Shown here: positions 8,924 through 17,739 of the stretch, in pieces | Numbering within the stretch: position 1 is the first letter of the stretch | Layout of the letters: each line of letters starts with the position of its first letter | DNA from: Chloroflexota bacterium | GTDB taxonomy: Bacteria; Chloroflexota; Limnocylindria; Limnocylindrales; CSP1-4 | Assembly (NCBI GenBank): GCA_003141245.1 | Contig: PLLE01000034.1 | Coordinates: 877 to 64,876 of the forward strand | DNA: 64,000 bases | Direction: 5' to 3' | Made by a program: the position numbers and the translations under genes | The notes under the pieces: model-generated | The model's input: only the letters and a program-made list of their open reading frames with translations | What the model was told of the DNA's origin: nothing | The model's database searches: none

Positions 8924-10180
8924 TCAGCCGCACGACAGGAGGCCGTAAGCCTCCTTCGCCCGGAGAACGTACAGGACTGCCGTGTCGACCTTCGCCGCGA
9001 ACGCGGGGTCCGAGCTGGCGCGCTCCAAGACCGCTGCGGCCATCTGGCTCGCCGGAGCAACGCCTCGAACGATCATGAGATCCCCGCCCGCGGCGATGAA
9101 CGCCGTGGCGCGATCGCCCGGCGCCATCGAGGTCACAGAGGCGGCCGATCCAAGATCGTCCGACATCACTACGCCCTCGAAGCCGAGTCGCTGCCGCAGC
9201 AGACCCTCGATGATCGTCGGTGAGAAGACCGCCTGGTGATCCGGATCGATCGCGGAGTACGTCGCCAGCGAGACCATCACGAACGGCGCGCTGGCTCCTA
9301 TGCCGGTCCAGAAGGCCTCGAGATACGGGTCGTTGGCCGTGGTAGTGGAGTCGACGACGCCGGCGACCGTATCGGTGTTGCCCACGACTCGTCCCAAACC
9401 CGGGAAGTGCTTGAGCGTGGTCGGGATGCCGGCCTGCGCCATGCCCCGTATGACCGCGGCGCCGTGGCTGCCCACCGTCGTCGGGTCGTGCCCGTACTCG
9501 CGCTGAAGCGCCCCGATCGGCTCATTGATCGCGTCCGCCCCGGGTGGCACAACGTCCATCACAGGAGCGAAGTCGAGGTTGATCCCGGCCATCGAGAGCT
9601 CGCGGCCCCACTGCGTGGCGTCCGCTTGCAGAACCGTCGTCGACAGCCGCCCTTGATCCAGCGCCGATGGGATGGTCGTGACTCCCGGGCCAGTCATGAG
9701 CTGGATCTGGCCCCCTTCTTGATCGGCACCCACGAAGAACCCGATCCCGTGAGTGGTCGAATCCGTCGCCAGCGCCTGGATTTGGGCGGTCAGGGGTCGC
9801 ACGCCCTCGATCCCGCCGGTTCGCCGATTGACCAGCCATGTGGACCCGAGGTGATGGCTCTCGATGGCAGCTGTCTCGCCAGGTGCCAGGAGATCGCCTT
9901 CGATGCCGAGCAGGAACAGCTGGCCCACGCGCTGCGGCTCAGTCATCTCGGCCAGCGTGCGCGCCGCGCACGTCGCCGATCCTTGCGGCGTCCCAGCAGG
10001 GCTAGCGGGACTGCCCGACCATGTGGGCGTGGCCCCAGGGCCGGATGGCCGCATGATCGCCGATGAATCGCTCGAACCGGACGGTGCCGTCCCGCAGGAC
10101 ACGGCCACTAGCGCCACGATCAACCAGACCAGCAGCGGCCAGAGCCACTGGAATCGCCCTATTCCGACTAATCGAGGCAT
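8924..10180 (-). CDS. glycoside hydrolase family 3 (NagZ-like beta-N-acetylhexosaminidase) lipoprotein
   Basis: GH3 N-terminal domain motifs: GQLFLLGIEG, GADQEGGQIQ, KHFPGLGRVVGNTDT. Signal peptide with lipobox LVAVSC. Start chosen at the internal Met (MPRLVG..); the ORF extends to 10255. Confidence 0.8.
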   Translation of the reverse strand: MPRLVGIGRFQWLWPLLVWLIVALVAVSCGTAPSGSSDSSAIMRPSGPGATPTWSGSPASPAGTPQGSATCAARTLAEMTEPQRVGQLFLLGIEGDLLAPGETAAIESHHLGSTWLVNRRTGGIEGVRPLTAQIQALATDSTTHGIGFFVGADQEGGQIQLMTGPGVTTIPSALDQGRLSTTVLQADATQWGRELSMAGINLDFAPVMDVVPPGADAINEPIGALQREYGHDPTTVGSHGAAVIRGMAQAGIPTTLKHFPGLGRVVGNTDTVAGVVDSTTTANDPYLEAFWTGIGASAPFVMVSLATYSAIDPDHQAVFSPTIIEGLLRQRLGFEGVVMSDDLGSAASVTSMAPGDRATAFIAAGGDLMIVRGVAPASQMAAAVLERASSDPAFAAKVDTAVLYVLRAKEAYGLLSCG

Positions 10181-10391
10181 AGCCAAAGGGTAGGCGATCC
10201 ACTGCGAGCATCTCCACCCAGAATCGTCGCGCCGCCAGCCTCTCGGCACGATCAAGCCATGGTGTCGTCGATCCGCACCTGAAGTCCGCGGTTACGACAG
10301 CGGCCGATCTGCTGTCCCGATTCCCACATCCCGGCGAGTTAGAGGCGGCTCGTGTGCGCGCAGCCCTGGTCTTAGCCAGGGCGGGCTCGAC

Positions 10392-11525
10392 CTACTTGAG
10401 GGAGCGAAGCCAACGAAGTACGGCTTCACGGGAAGTGTGCGAGGCAGCTCGCTCCCAGTCCCTCTCGAATGCAAGCCTGAGCCGAAGGACCGTCGGCGCG
10501 TCCGTGCAGACCAGACCGCGGATGCCCTGTGTTGACAGTTCTCGTTGGGGCGTATTGATCTCGCCGAATACAGTCGCAGAATGGCTTCCCATGACCGTGT
10601 AGGTCGTCGGTATCGGCTCCTTCTGAAGGCCCACGCGCAATAGCGGGAACGTATCGATCAGAGAGATTGTCCGCTCTATTTGCGCTTCCGCCTGGTCGGC
10701 GGTCAGGCCGCCTTGCCTTGAACCAGCACTCCGGTAGTACCTCTCGTGCGAGCCTTTGTCCAGCAACCATCGGATCTCTGTTGTCGCGGCCAACTGCAGC
10801 CAGATCTGGTACCGCGCCTCAAGGTGCACCAGGATGTCCGCCAATACTTGGGGATCCCCGCGGTACAGGCGCCGCTGGCGTTCGAGCTGGTAGTCGAGAG
10901 GGCGAGTTATGAATGGCGGTACTGCCAGGGAGCTCATCAGGGGACGCGCGGTCTCGACGGTCATGATGCTCTGGAGATCCTCGGCCAGTCGGCGCTCGAA
11001 CCGGACGCGGTCCTCAAGACTTTGGGTGAACACCTCAAGGGTCGACCTGCTCGCCAGACTGTCGCTCAGGGCAGCTGCGTCTCGCGCTGATCTCTTGTCT
11101 GCGAAGGACCCCAAGATCCAGCCGGAGATGTCAGCGGAGACTCGTTCCCGAAGCTCCTCGACGTGCCTGTACTCACCCCACCTAACCTTTGCTGCCTCGA
11201 TCTGTGGTTCAATCCGAGGATCTGGTCGATCGTCGTTTCTGGGCGCTTTCCGGTACACGAAGATCGGCAGATTGAGATCACGTGCGAGCCGCAGCTCTGC
11301 GAACGCTGCCTCGCTGTAGCGGACTCCGACCAGCAAGACGTAGATATCGGCGGCCCGAAGCCCTGATTCCCAGTCTCGCTCCGCTGGATGTGGACGAGCC
11401 ACGGGAGGGTCTTCGAATTGGTACACATCGAGGCCGGTGGCTCGAAGGGCCCACGCGGCCACGTACCTGTCGTCGATCAACTCATGTTGGTCGGACGAGA
11501 TGAACACCAGAGGCGTTCTCGCCAT
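10392..11525 (-). CDS. DUF4062-like (TIR / nucleoside 2-deoxyribosyltransferase-like fold) N-terminal domain protein with uncharacterised C-terminal region
   Basis: The N-terminus PLVFISSDQHELIDDRYVAAWALRATG .. ADIYVLLVGVRYSEAAFAELRLARDLNLPIFVY fits the DUF4062 pattern (vFiSS..eR....., D.yv.l.g.rYg...E...A). The C-terminal ~250 aa are unassigned. Confidence 0.6.
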   Translation of the reverse strand: MARTPLVFISSDQHELIDDRYVAAWALRATGLDVYQFEDPPVARPHPAERDWESGLRAADIYVLLVGVRYSEAAFAELRLARDLNLPIFVYRKAPRNDDRPDPRIEPQIEAAKVRWGEYRHVEELRERVSADISGWILGSFADKRSARDAAALSDSLASRSTLEVFTQSLEDRVRFERRLAEDLQSIMTVETARPLMSSLAVPPFITRPLDYQLERQRRLYRGDPQVLADILVHLEARYQIWLQLAATTEIRWLLDKGSHERYYRSAGSRQGGLTADQAEAQIERTISLIDTFPLLRVGLQKEPIPTTYTVMGSHSATVFGEINTPQRELSTQGIRGLVCTDAPTVLRLRLAFERDWERAASHTSREAVLRWLRSLK

Positions 11526-11740
11526 CGGTTCCCCCAGTTGGCGCTACCCCGGCGACTTCGGGCGTCCCTGAATGATGACACGGGCTCGACGTCCCGGTAC
11601 TTCCAGACGCAAACCGCGATGCCCCTCGCGGACCCCGTCTTCTCGGTGGGCACGACCGGGTGATAGGAACGCCGGCACCATTCCCTGCCGCCTTGCATTC
11701 TTTAGGCCCCTGAAGCAAGGCCGTGCGCCAGACCGGTCGG

Positions 11741-12592
11741 CTACGGGGTCTGGCTATCGGTATGCGGTGGTTGAGAGACAAGCGGGGTCCCTGCGGGGAG
11801 CGGGTAGCACGTGGCAGTGCCGTCATTTGGGAGGTAGTCGGAGAGCTGGTAGTCCAGGATCTCGGCCACTCGAAGGAAGTCGAGTAGGTATCGCGCGAGG
11901 TCGAGCAGGGGCGGCAGCGGACCCTGAGACAGGGCGAAGTGGGTTGCCTTGGTGGCGTCCGCCTGCAGGAATTCGGCCCCGTCTAAATGCGAGGAATACG
12001 CTGCCGAGAATCGGCGCACATCCACATAGAGGTTCGGCCAGACACGCCGCGGATTGCTGTTGAAGAAGCTCGTGAGCGCAGAGTGAAGGATGTCGGGCGT
12101 GAGAGAGGCCTCCGTGACGATGGCCCCGAAGACTTGATGGTCGAACTGATCCGGGTTGACGTGCGGACCCTGGACGTTGCCGTGAAGGACGTAGTTCTTG
12201 CCGCGCCCGGTCCGGTCGAGCGCCTTGACGCTGCGGATGTTCTGGACCGCTTGATCGAGTACGCGTTGCGAATCGACGGCAGCCTTGATCTCCATCACGG
12301 CCGCGACGGCTTCCACCATGAAGTGGTGGACCCCGCCAATTGAGAAGACCGGGGCGTAGTCGCGTCGGTAGATGACGAGGTCAACCTGGCGGCTAATCTC
12401 GCCCGAGGAGTCGAATACGAAGCCGGTCGAGGCCTCATAGGACGATGGGAGGATGGTGGTGACGAAGTCACGAAGGATGTTCTCTCGTGCGTGTCCGTTC
12501 TCGCCGGGGTGGGCAATGGCGGCGGTCAGATCGAGCTTCTGCAACGTCTGAAGACTGAGGCTCTCCATGATCGCGGGAACGACGTTTGGCAT
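11741..12592 (-). CDS. PD-(D/E)xK-like nuclease-fold protein (DUF6602-like)
   Basis: GENGHARENILRDFVTTILP .. ISRQVDLVIYRRD .. FMVEAVAAVMEIKAAV gives a D ... E-x-K arrangement on predicted strands, typical of the restriction-endonuclease fold. Confidence 0.6.
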   Translation of the reverse strand: MPNVVPAIMESLSLQTLQKLDLTAAIAHPGENGHARENILRDFVTTILPSSYEASTGFVFDSSGEISRQVDLVIYRRDYAPVFSIGGVHHFMVEAVAAVMEIKAAVDSQRVLDQAVQNIRSVKALDRTGRGKNYVLHGNVQGPHVNPDQFDHQVFGAIVTEASLTPDILHSALTSFFNSNPRRVWPNLYVDVRRFSAAYSSHLDGAEFLQADATKATHFALSQGPLPPLLDLARYLLDFLRVAEILDYQLSDYLPNDGTATCYPLPAGTPLVSQPPHTDSQTP

Positions 12593-12762
12593 GTCGCGGG
12601 TCCTTTGCGGAGTCTGCGCCGATGGTAACGGGTGACTATGCCGCGATCGTGTCTCCCCAACCTCTCCAGATGATCACGGCGGGATGATGTGTTCACAGAG
12701 TCATCCCTCGGCATCTCGGGCAGTGGGTCGCCACGCCACTGAGCGTCATAGCGGACGGCCCA

Positions 12763-13641
12763 TCAAGATTCGCGTACACGCCCTTGGCCGTCGGCCAGCC
12801 ACACGAAACGCCAGGTCCGACCGTCGGCAGCCTGGCCACGGCCCGCGTAAGCGCCTCCCGGGAGTTCTAGCCTGTCGGGTTGTACTCGGTGCTTGGCCCA
12901 AAGAGCCACGAACCTGGCTCCGTCCGCATCAGCCGTTCTGTTGGCGAGTCTGCCCACGCCTGCCCAGGGCCCGCCATCCCACTGGACCATCTGCGCCATG
13001 ACGTCCTCTCTCTGGGCCTCGCCGACCCGTTGGGCACCCAACAGCAAGCTCAGAACCATCGCACCCAGGGCGATGCAGAAGATGAATCCGTCCGCAATGA
13101 CCAGGGACGTGGCGGCACCCGTTTTGGCCGAGTCGCCGAGATAGATGACGTAACCGGAACCCATCAGGGCGAGGGGCACAAATGCAAGGGCTGCGAGCTC
13201 GAAGAGCTGCATGGCACCGGCGAGCCAGAGCGGCTTGAACTCAACCCCGGCCGCGACGGAGAGCCTTACGCCATGACGCACATCCCAAGCCAGCACGTCG
13301 GACGCGTCGAGATAGTCAGGGTCGAGGTCCTGCAAGGCCCATCGCAGCCTGATCGCCTGTCTGTGCAGATAGAGGCCGATCTCCATCTGCTTGTTCATGT
13401 GGCCCAGGAACGTGATCACGACGAGTCCGAGCAGAGCTGCCGCTCCAAGCAGCAGCAACTCGAGCGACGTGGTGTCGGACTTGACCACGACGCCTGCCGA
13501 GAGCGCGGCGCCCGCACCACCAATCGTCACACCCAGGAACTGGTGGGTTCTCTGCTGAAGACTCATGACCTCTGCGCGCAATGCGTCGTACTCGTGAAGA
13601 GTGGCCTGCGTCACCAACTCCACTCGAAGCGATCGATTCAT
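12763..13641 (-). CDS. hypothetical membrane protein (about 4 TM) with soluble C-terminal tail
   Basis: ORF 12763..13785; probable start at MNRSLRVELV.. (13641). Four long hydrophobic segments and no recognisable domain. Confidence 0.45.
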   Translation of the reverse strand: MNRSLRVELVTQATLHEYDALRAEVMSLQQRTHQFLGVTIGGAGAALSAGVVVKSDTTSLELLLLGAAALLGLVVITFLGHMNKQMEIGLYLHRQAIRLRWALQDLDPDYLDASDVLAWDVRHGVRLSVAAGVEFKPLWLAGAMQLFELAALAFVPLALMGSGYVIYLGDSAKTGAATSLVIADGFIFCIALGAMVLSLLLGAQRVGEAQREDVMAQMVQWDGGPWAGVGRLANRTADADGARFVALWAKHRVQPDRLELPGGAYAGRGQAADGRTWRFVWLADGQGRVRES

Positions 13642-13883
13642 CCTCCCTGCCTCCAACCATGCCCCGCTCAGCAGGAGCGGCCCCACACCGCTCGCAGCAC
13701 CCGCCGAGGCCGGGACCGCCGTCCTGGCTGGCGAGGTCCGCCCCATCTTCGGCTCACCACTCCACCTGGGCAAGAGCCAAAGCAACCTGCCACGACGTCT
13801 CGCACCATTTGGTCATGATGTTGCTTTCTGGGCGCACCGGAGTGAGTCATGTGAGCGACCAACTCTCACCCGAGGACCCCACG

Positions 13884-14819
13884 ATGACCGCTCAACCACT
13901 CCCCGCCCTGACCAGCGGAGACCCCTCAGCCTGGGACCAGGCCCTGTATGGCTTCCTGGTCGAGAAGGGCAACCGTTCAGGCTCCCGGCGAACCGTCGAG
14001 TCCTACTCCCGCATGCTCTGGCCGTTCTTCGCCGATCTCGGCAAGACTCCCGAGAGGGTCAAGCCGGCTGACGTCCTGGCCTGGGTCCACGGCATCGGGA
14101 AGTCGGGGCGAACACCATCGGCGACCACGGTCGGAGCCCGGATCGCCTGTCTGAGCAGCTACTTCCGCTTCCTGATCAGGATGGGCCTGGTCGTCTCGAA
14201 CCCGACCGATGCCGTCGAGCGGCCCAGAGCCGTCCAGTCGGTCGCGAGGTGCTACACCGCCGAAGACGTACGTCGGCTCCTTGCGGTGGTTCCTGAAACG
14301 GTGGCCGGGCGACGCGACCGGGCGATCTTGCTGACCCTCGTCCTGACCGGAAGGCGCCGGGCTGAAGTCATCGGTCTCCGAGCAGGGGATCTCACCCTAG
14401 AGGGCGAGACCGCCTTCTACGCCTATCGGGGCAAGGGTGGCAAGCGAGGAAGAAGAGAACTCCCCCACCCCGCCTACGAGGCGATCTGCGCGACCCTCGC
14501 TGACGCCGGCAAGGAGCTGGCGACGATGGCCGTCGACGAGTCGCTCTGGCAGGCCGCTGCCCGGCCGGAGGGGGTTTCCAGCGGCACGTTCTACTCGAGG
14601 TTCCGCCGCTACTTGGTGGCGGCCGGCATGGCACCGACCGGCATTCACGTGCTGCGGCATACAGCAGCCAAGCTCCGGCGAGATGCTGGCGAGTCGATCG
14701 AGGACGTGAGCGCCTTTCTCGACCACTCCAGCCTGGCAGTCACGACCGTGTACCTGCGCCGGCTCGAGGGTCAGGAGGATCGAGCCTGGCGCGACGTGGC
14801 CGAGGCGATCGGGGTCTGA
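13884..14819 (+). CDS. tyrosine recombinase / phage-type integrase
   Basis: N-terminal SAM-like core-binding region (..YGFLVEKGNRSGSRRTVESYSRMLWPFF..). Catalytic domain with RRDRAILLTLVLTGRRRAEV, GKGGKRG, HVLRHTAAKL and LDHSSLAVTTVYL (R..HxxR..Y). Start ATG 13884 (alternative GTG 13851). Confidence 0.85.
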   Translation: MTAQPLPALTSGDPSAWDQALYGFLVEKGNRSGSRRTVESYSRMLWPFFADLGKTPERVKPADVLAWVHGIGKSGRTPSATTVGARIACLSSYFRFLIRMGLVVSNPTDAVERPRAVQSVARCYTAEDVRRLLAVVPETVAGRRDRAILLTLVLTGRRRAEVIGLRAGDLTLEGETAFYAYRGKGGKRGRRELPHPAYEAICATLADAGKELATMAVDESLWQAAARPEGVSSGTFYSRFRRYLVAAGMAPTGIHVLRHTAAKLRRDAGESIEDVSAFLDHSSLAVTTVYLRRLEGQEDRAWRDVAEAIGV

Positions 14820-14837
14820 GGGGCGAGGGAGAGCGAC

Positions 14838-15053
14838 CTACCGACCCGTGTCGCGCAGTCGTCGGCGAAGCTCGTCACCGTCCTTGTCGCCGACACTCAG
14901 CCTCGGGTCAGGGAAGTACCCGCTCGTGCCCACGCGCGAGCCGCAGATCGGACAGCGGAACTGCGGATTGCCACGCAGGTGGCCGGTCTTGCGCACGAAC
15001 CGATGTCCGGCGGGGCAGATCAGCTCCAACTCCGGATCGTCACTCGGTCCCAC
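14838..15053 (-). CDS. possible small zinc-ribbon protein
   Basis: GTG 15053 is preceded by GGGGAGGA. The 71-aa product has CPAGH..(17)..CPIC. Taken from the 3' part of ORF 14838..15293. Confidence 0.35.
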   Translation of the reverse strand: MGPSDDPELELICPAGHRFVRKTGHLRGNPQFRCPICGSRVGTSGYFPDPRLSVGDKDGDELRRRLRDTGR

Positions 15054-15225
15054 TCGTGTCCTCCCCGGTGGCCGTTGAGAAAGCTCGACGTCGATCGAGC
15101 CTGAGTCTGTAGCCGGCGGACATCCTACGAGGCCCGTCCGCTGCCACATCCTATCCTGCACCGCGCCGGCCACGGCTGACCAGGCTGGCTGTATTGGCGA
15201 CGCCAGAGGTGAGAGCCCAGAAGAG

Positions 15226-15507
15226 CTACCAACCGGCTTGCCTCCACGCGGCGAGGGTAGCCACCGCGAGCGCGGCGAGGCCCACGAACGCAAGGCCGAT
15301 CAGGAAGTCTTCCCAGGCACTCGTGCGCCTGCCCATCGGGGGGCCGACGGGCGCGGGAAGGACCGGCAGCACCAATAGCGCGAGCAGGGCCAGCGGGCCT
15401 AGAACCAAACCGGCGATGAACCAGCCGATCCTAGGACGCCCACGGCCCCCGGCCAGAAGGCCGATCGCTATCGCTAACCACAGCCAGGTGGTCGCAGCCT
15501 GCGCCAT
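15226..15507 (-). CDS. possible small membrane protein
   Basis: 93-aa ORF with three hydrophobic helices (WLWLAIAIGLLAGG, FIAGLVLGPLALLALLVLPVL, LIGLAFVGLAALAVATLAAW). Confidence 0.35.
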   Translation of the reverse strand: MAQAATTWLWLAIAIGLLAGGRGRPRIGWFIAGLVLGPLALLALLVLPVLPAPVGPPMGRRTSAWEDFLIGLAFVGLAALAVATLAAWRQAGW

Positions 15508-15762
15508 TGCCCATCTAGCTCCGCCTGCGCCTCATTGCCAGTATCAGTTCCGCCTCCTCGCGACCAACCCTGTAGGCTCAGATTGCGGCTGTACTCAAGA
15601 GTCCCCGAGAGGCCCTCCCCACCCGAGGGAAGAGGTGGCGGAGGCGTGGATCGGGCTACCCGGTGGCACGGGCGGCTCCATAGCGAGAATCTACGACGCC
15701 CGATGCGCCGCGCGCTACCGGGCATTGATTACGATTCGGTTTGGATCGGCTAGTGCCTCGAT

Positions 15763-16008
15763 TCATTGTGCGATCATCGCGGCCATTGGAGCGCCGAACA
15801 CAACGCTCACCCAGATGCGGCGGCCATCGACCTCGATAAGAACGGAACGTTCCTCGATATCCCGCACGTTCGGCCAGATGGCCCTAATGTGCTCGAAATA
15901 CCCGGCCTGCCCCCACTGGCCGACGACGATGGCGGCGTCCGGGAGATCGCCATCGTCGATTCCGAACATCCGCTGAAGCGACGTCGGTGACGCGTCCAAG
16001 TAGGGCAT
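15763..16008 (-). pseudogene. N-terminal fragment of a nucleoside-phosphorylase-like (PNP/UDP family) gene
   Basis: The 81-aa ORF ends ..WVSVVFGAPMAAMIAQ*. The G-x-P-x-AA segment is where PNP_UDP proteins continue for ~150 more residues. Downstream sequence reads on only in another frame (IEALADPNRIVINAR*). Confidence 0.3.
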
Positions 16009-16026
16009 GAGGCTATCGTCCTTCTG

Positions 16027-16821
16027 TTAGCCAACCGGCGCTTCGGTCGCCACTGACTTCTCGATCTCGCCTATGACGTGATCGACAAATGGTCGGACGC
16101 GCGGCAGCAACTGGCCCCACTGCTCAGGAGCTCCGCTGATGTAGTTCGCCCTGGCATATTCGAGTACCGGCCGATGCTCGGGCGGAAGAAGCGGGAGCGC
16201 CCAATCTGCCGCCCCGTCCTTCGACCGGAAGACACCCGTGACCAACGTCGTCCAGATGCGCACGAAGGTAAGCACGACATTCCGTTCGTCGCCGTCGAGA
16301 TAGGAGAGCAGGTCGGGAACGCTGTCCAGCATCGCCCGACGAATGTCTGTCCATGGCATTGGGCCGAGAACCTCCGCGGGCGGCGGCCCGAACAGCGCAC
16401 GGTTGGCCTGAATGACCATTTCAATCAGGATCGCGAGGTCCGGGTTCGAAGGGTTCCACGGCGCGAAGTTGCCCTTCGCGAGATCAGGGCGATACCAGTC
16501 GCCGAACTGGAAGTCGAGACGAGCCGGGTATTTCCAGGGGCGGACATCGCCCTGCGACACGATCTCGAGACCGATCGAACGGGATTGGCCAGACGGGTCG
16601 CCCGGTCCCGAGATTGGAAGGAGTCGCTCGATCAGCTCACGTCGCTCGACATCCGTTGTCCTGCGGTTGGTAACAACGAAGAGATCGAGATCGCTCGTTG
16701 GCTTGAGACTACCTAACACCGAGGAGCCGTGAAGGTAGATGCCCATCACGGCATCGGGGATGACCTCGCGGACGAGACTCACGACGCGCTCAACCTGATC
16801 CGCCCCGATCATTCGGCCCAC
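16027..16821 (-). CDS. aminoglycoside nucleotidyltransferase-like protein (ANT(3'')/ANT(9) family, NTase domain plus DUF4111)
   Basis: GIYLHGSSVLGSLKPTSDLDLFVV (GS..DxD NTase motif) followed by the DUF4111-type C-terminal helical domain; 264 aa is the typical size. Confidence 0.75.
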   Translation of the reverse strand: MGRMIGADQVERVVSLVREVIPDAVMGIYLHGSSVLGSLKPTSDLDLFVVTNRRTTDVERRELIERLLPISGPGDPSGQSRSIGLEIVSQGDVRPWKYPARLDFQFGDWYRPDLAKGNFAPWNPSNPDLAILIEMVIQANRALFGPPPAEVLGPMPWTDIRRAMLDSVPDLLSYLDGDERNVVLTFVRIWTTLVTGVFRSKDGAADWALPLLPPEHRPVLEYARANYISGAPEQWGQLLPRVRPFVDHVIGEIEKSVATEAPVG

Positions 16822-16889
16822 CTCCAGGATGCCAGACCCGTGCGCTTGTTCGTCCAGCGACTCATACCCCGATTGACCTTGATCGTGCG

Positions 16890-17350
16890 TGGGATCAGGA
16901 AGGCCGTCAAGGTGGCTCGCGGATTACCAACCGGCTGTGGCGCGCTGGTCCTTTGGGGGCGGCACGAATTCGGCGTCGAGGGGACTATCCAAGCGGCCGC
17001 CAGCCAGTTCTGCACCTCGCGAAGCCGACCGGGCGTCGCACGTGGCTCTCGCGCCATCAGCGTCCGGTGGATCGCTTCGATGTCCCCGACGCGAAACGGC
17101 GACGGATCGTCGGCGCGAGCGATGGCCTCTTCCATCGCGCTGACGTTGGCGGCGATCGTGCGCGCACTCCCGCGGGCCGCGCGTGGATCGACGAGTGCCC
17201 TGGCCAGGTTGAGCGTGCTGACCTGGTAGCCCTCGATTCGGGAGGAGGCGACCGCCTCGGAACGGAGCAATAGCGGCCCGACCGCCTCGAGACCGCCTAC
17301 GCTCGCGCGTTGAGCTCGCGAATCGCCCGCCCGGTGCGCCGTCGTTTCCT
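16890..17350 (-). pseudogene. Fic/DOC family protein, N-terminal fragment lacking the Fic core
   Basis: ..LLLRSEAVASSRIEGYQVS.. and ..GRLREVQNWL.. are Fic N-terminal domain signatures. The frame then degenerates and stops at 16809 inside the ANT gene start; no HPFxxGNGR motif follows. The upstream Arg-rich part of ORF 16809..17690 looks non-coding. Confidence 0.5.
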
Positions 17351-17446
17351 TCCCATCGCCGTTCGACCGCCGCGGTATTCCTATCCCTTCATTCGCCGAA
17401 CCTGGACCCACCTCTAGATTCCGTCGGGCGGCATGATCGCCTCCCG

Positions 17447-17737
17447 TCAGCGTCGTCCCAAGCCAAGGCGGCCGAGGCGGCCGAGGAGACTGCGGTGCGC
17501 GCTCGGAGCGAGTGGCTCGACGCGCTCGATCTGCGCCTCGTAGCCCGCCTGGCGGACGGCCGCGGCAATCGCCACGAACGACGTGCGCGCGGGATCGAAG
17601 GCAACGTCGCCTGAGTCGGAACCGAGATCGACCTTGACGGACTCGACGCCGTCGAGCTTGCGGACGGCCCGAGTGATGCGCGAGGCGCACGACGTACAGG
17701 TCATCCCTTCGATCGGAAACCGGACGTGGTCGCTCAT
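17447..17737 (-). CDS. copZ: heavy-metal-associated (HMA) domain copper chaperone, CopZ-like
   Basis: MSDHVRFPIEGMTCTSCASRITRAVRKLDGVESVKVDL.. contains the GMTCxxC metal-binding motif. The start Met lies directly after the stop of the upstream CcdA-like gene. Confidence 0.85.
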   Translation of the reverse strand: MSDHVRFPIEGMTCTSCASRITRAVRKLDGVESVKVDLGSDSGDVAFDPARTSFVAIAAAVRQAGYEAQIERVEPLAPSAHRSLLGRLGRLGLGRR

Positions 17738-17739
17738 CG

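Noticed and set aside
3466-14819. Prophage
   Set aside because: Apart from the integrase, there are no capsid, portal, terminase, tail or lysis genes. The content fits a defence/integration island rather than a prophage.
16809-17690. 293-aa ORF taken at face value as a full Fic protein
   Set aside because: Its first ~115 codons are Arg-rich noise overlapping copZ. Its end lacks the Fic core motif and runs into the ANT gene. Only the middle section resembles a Fic N-terminal domain, so it was called a fragment.
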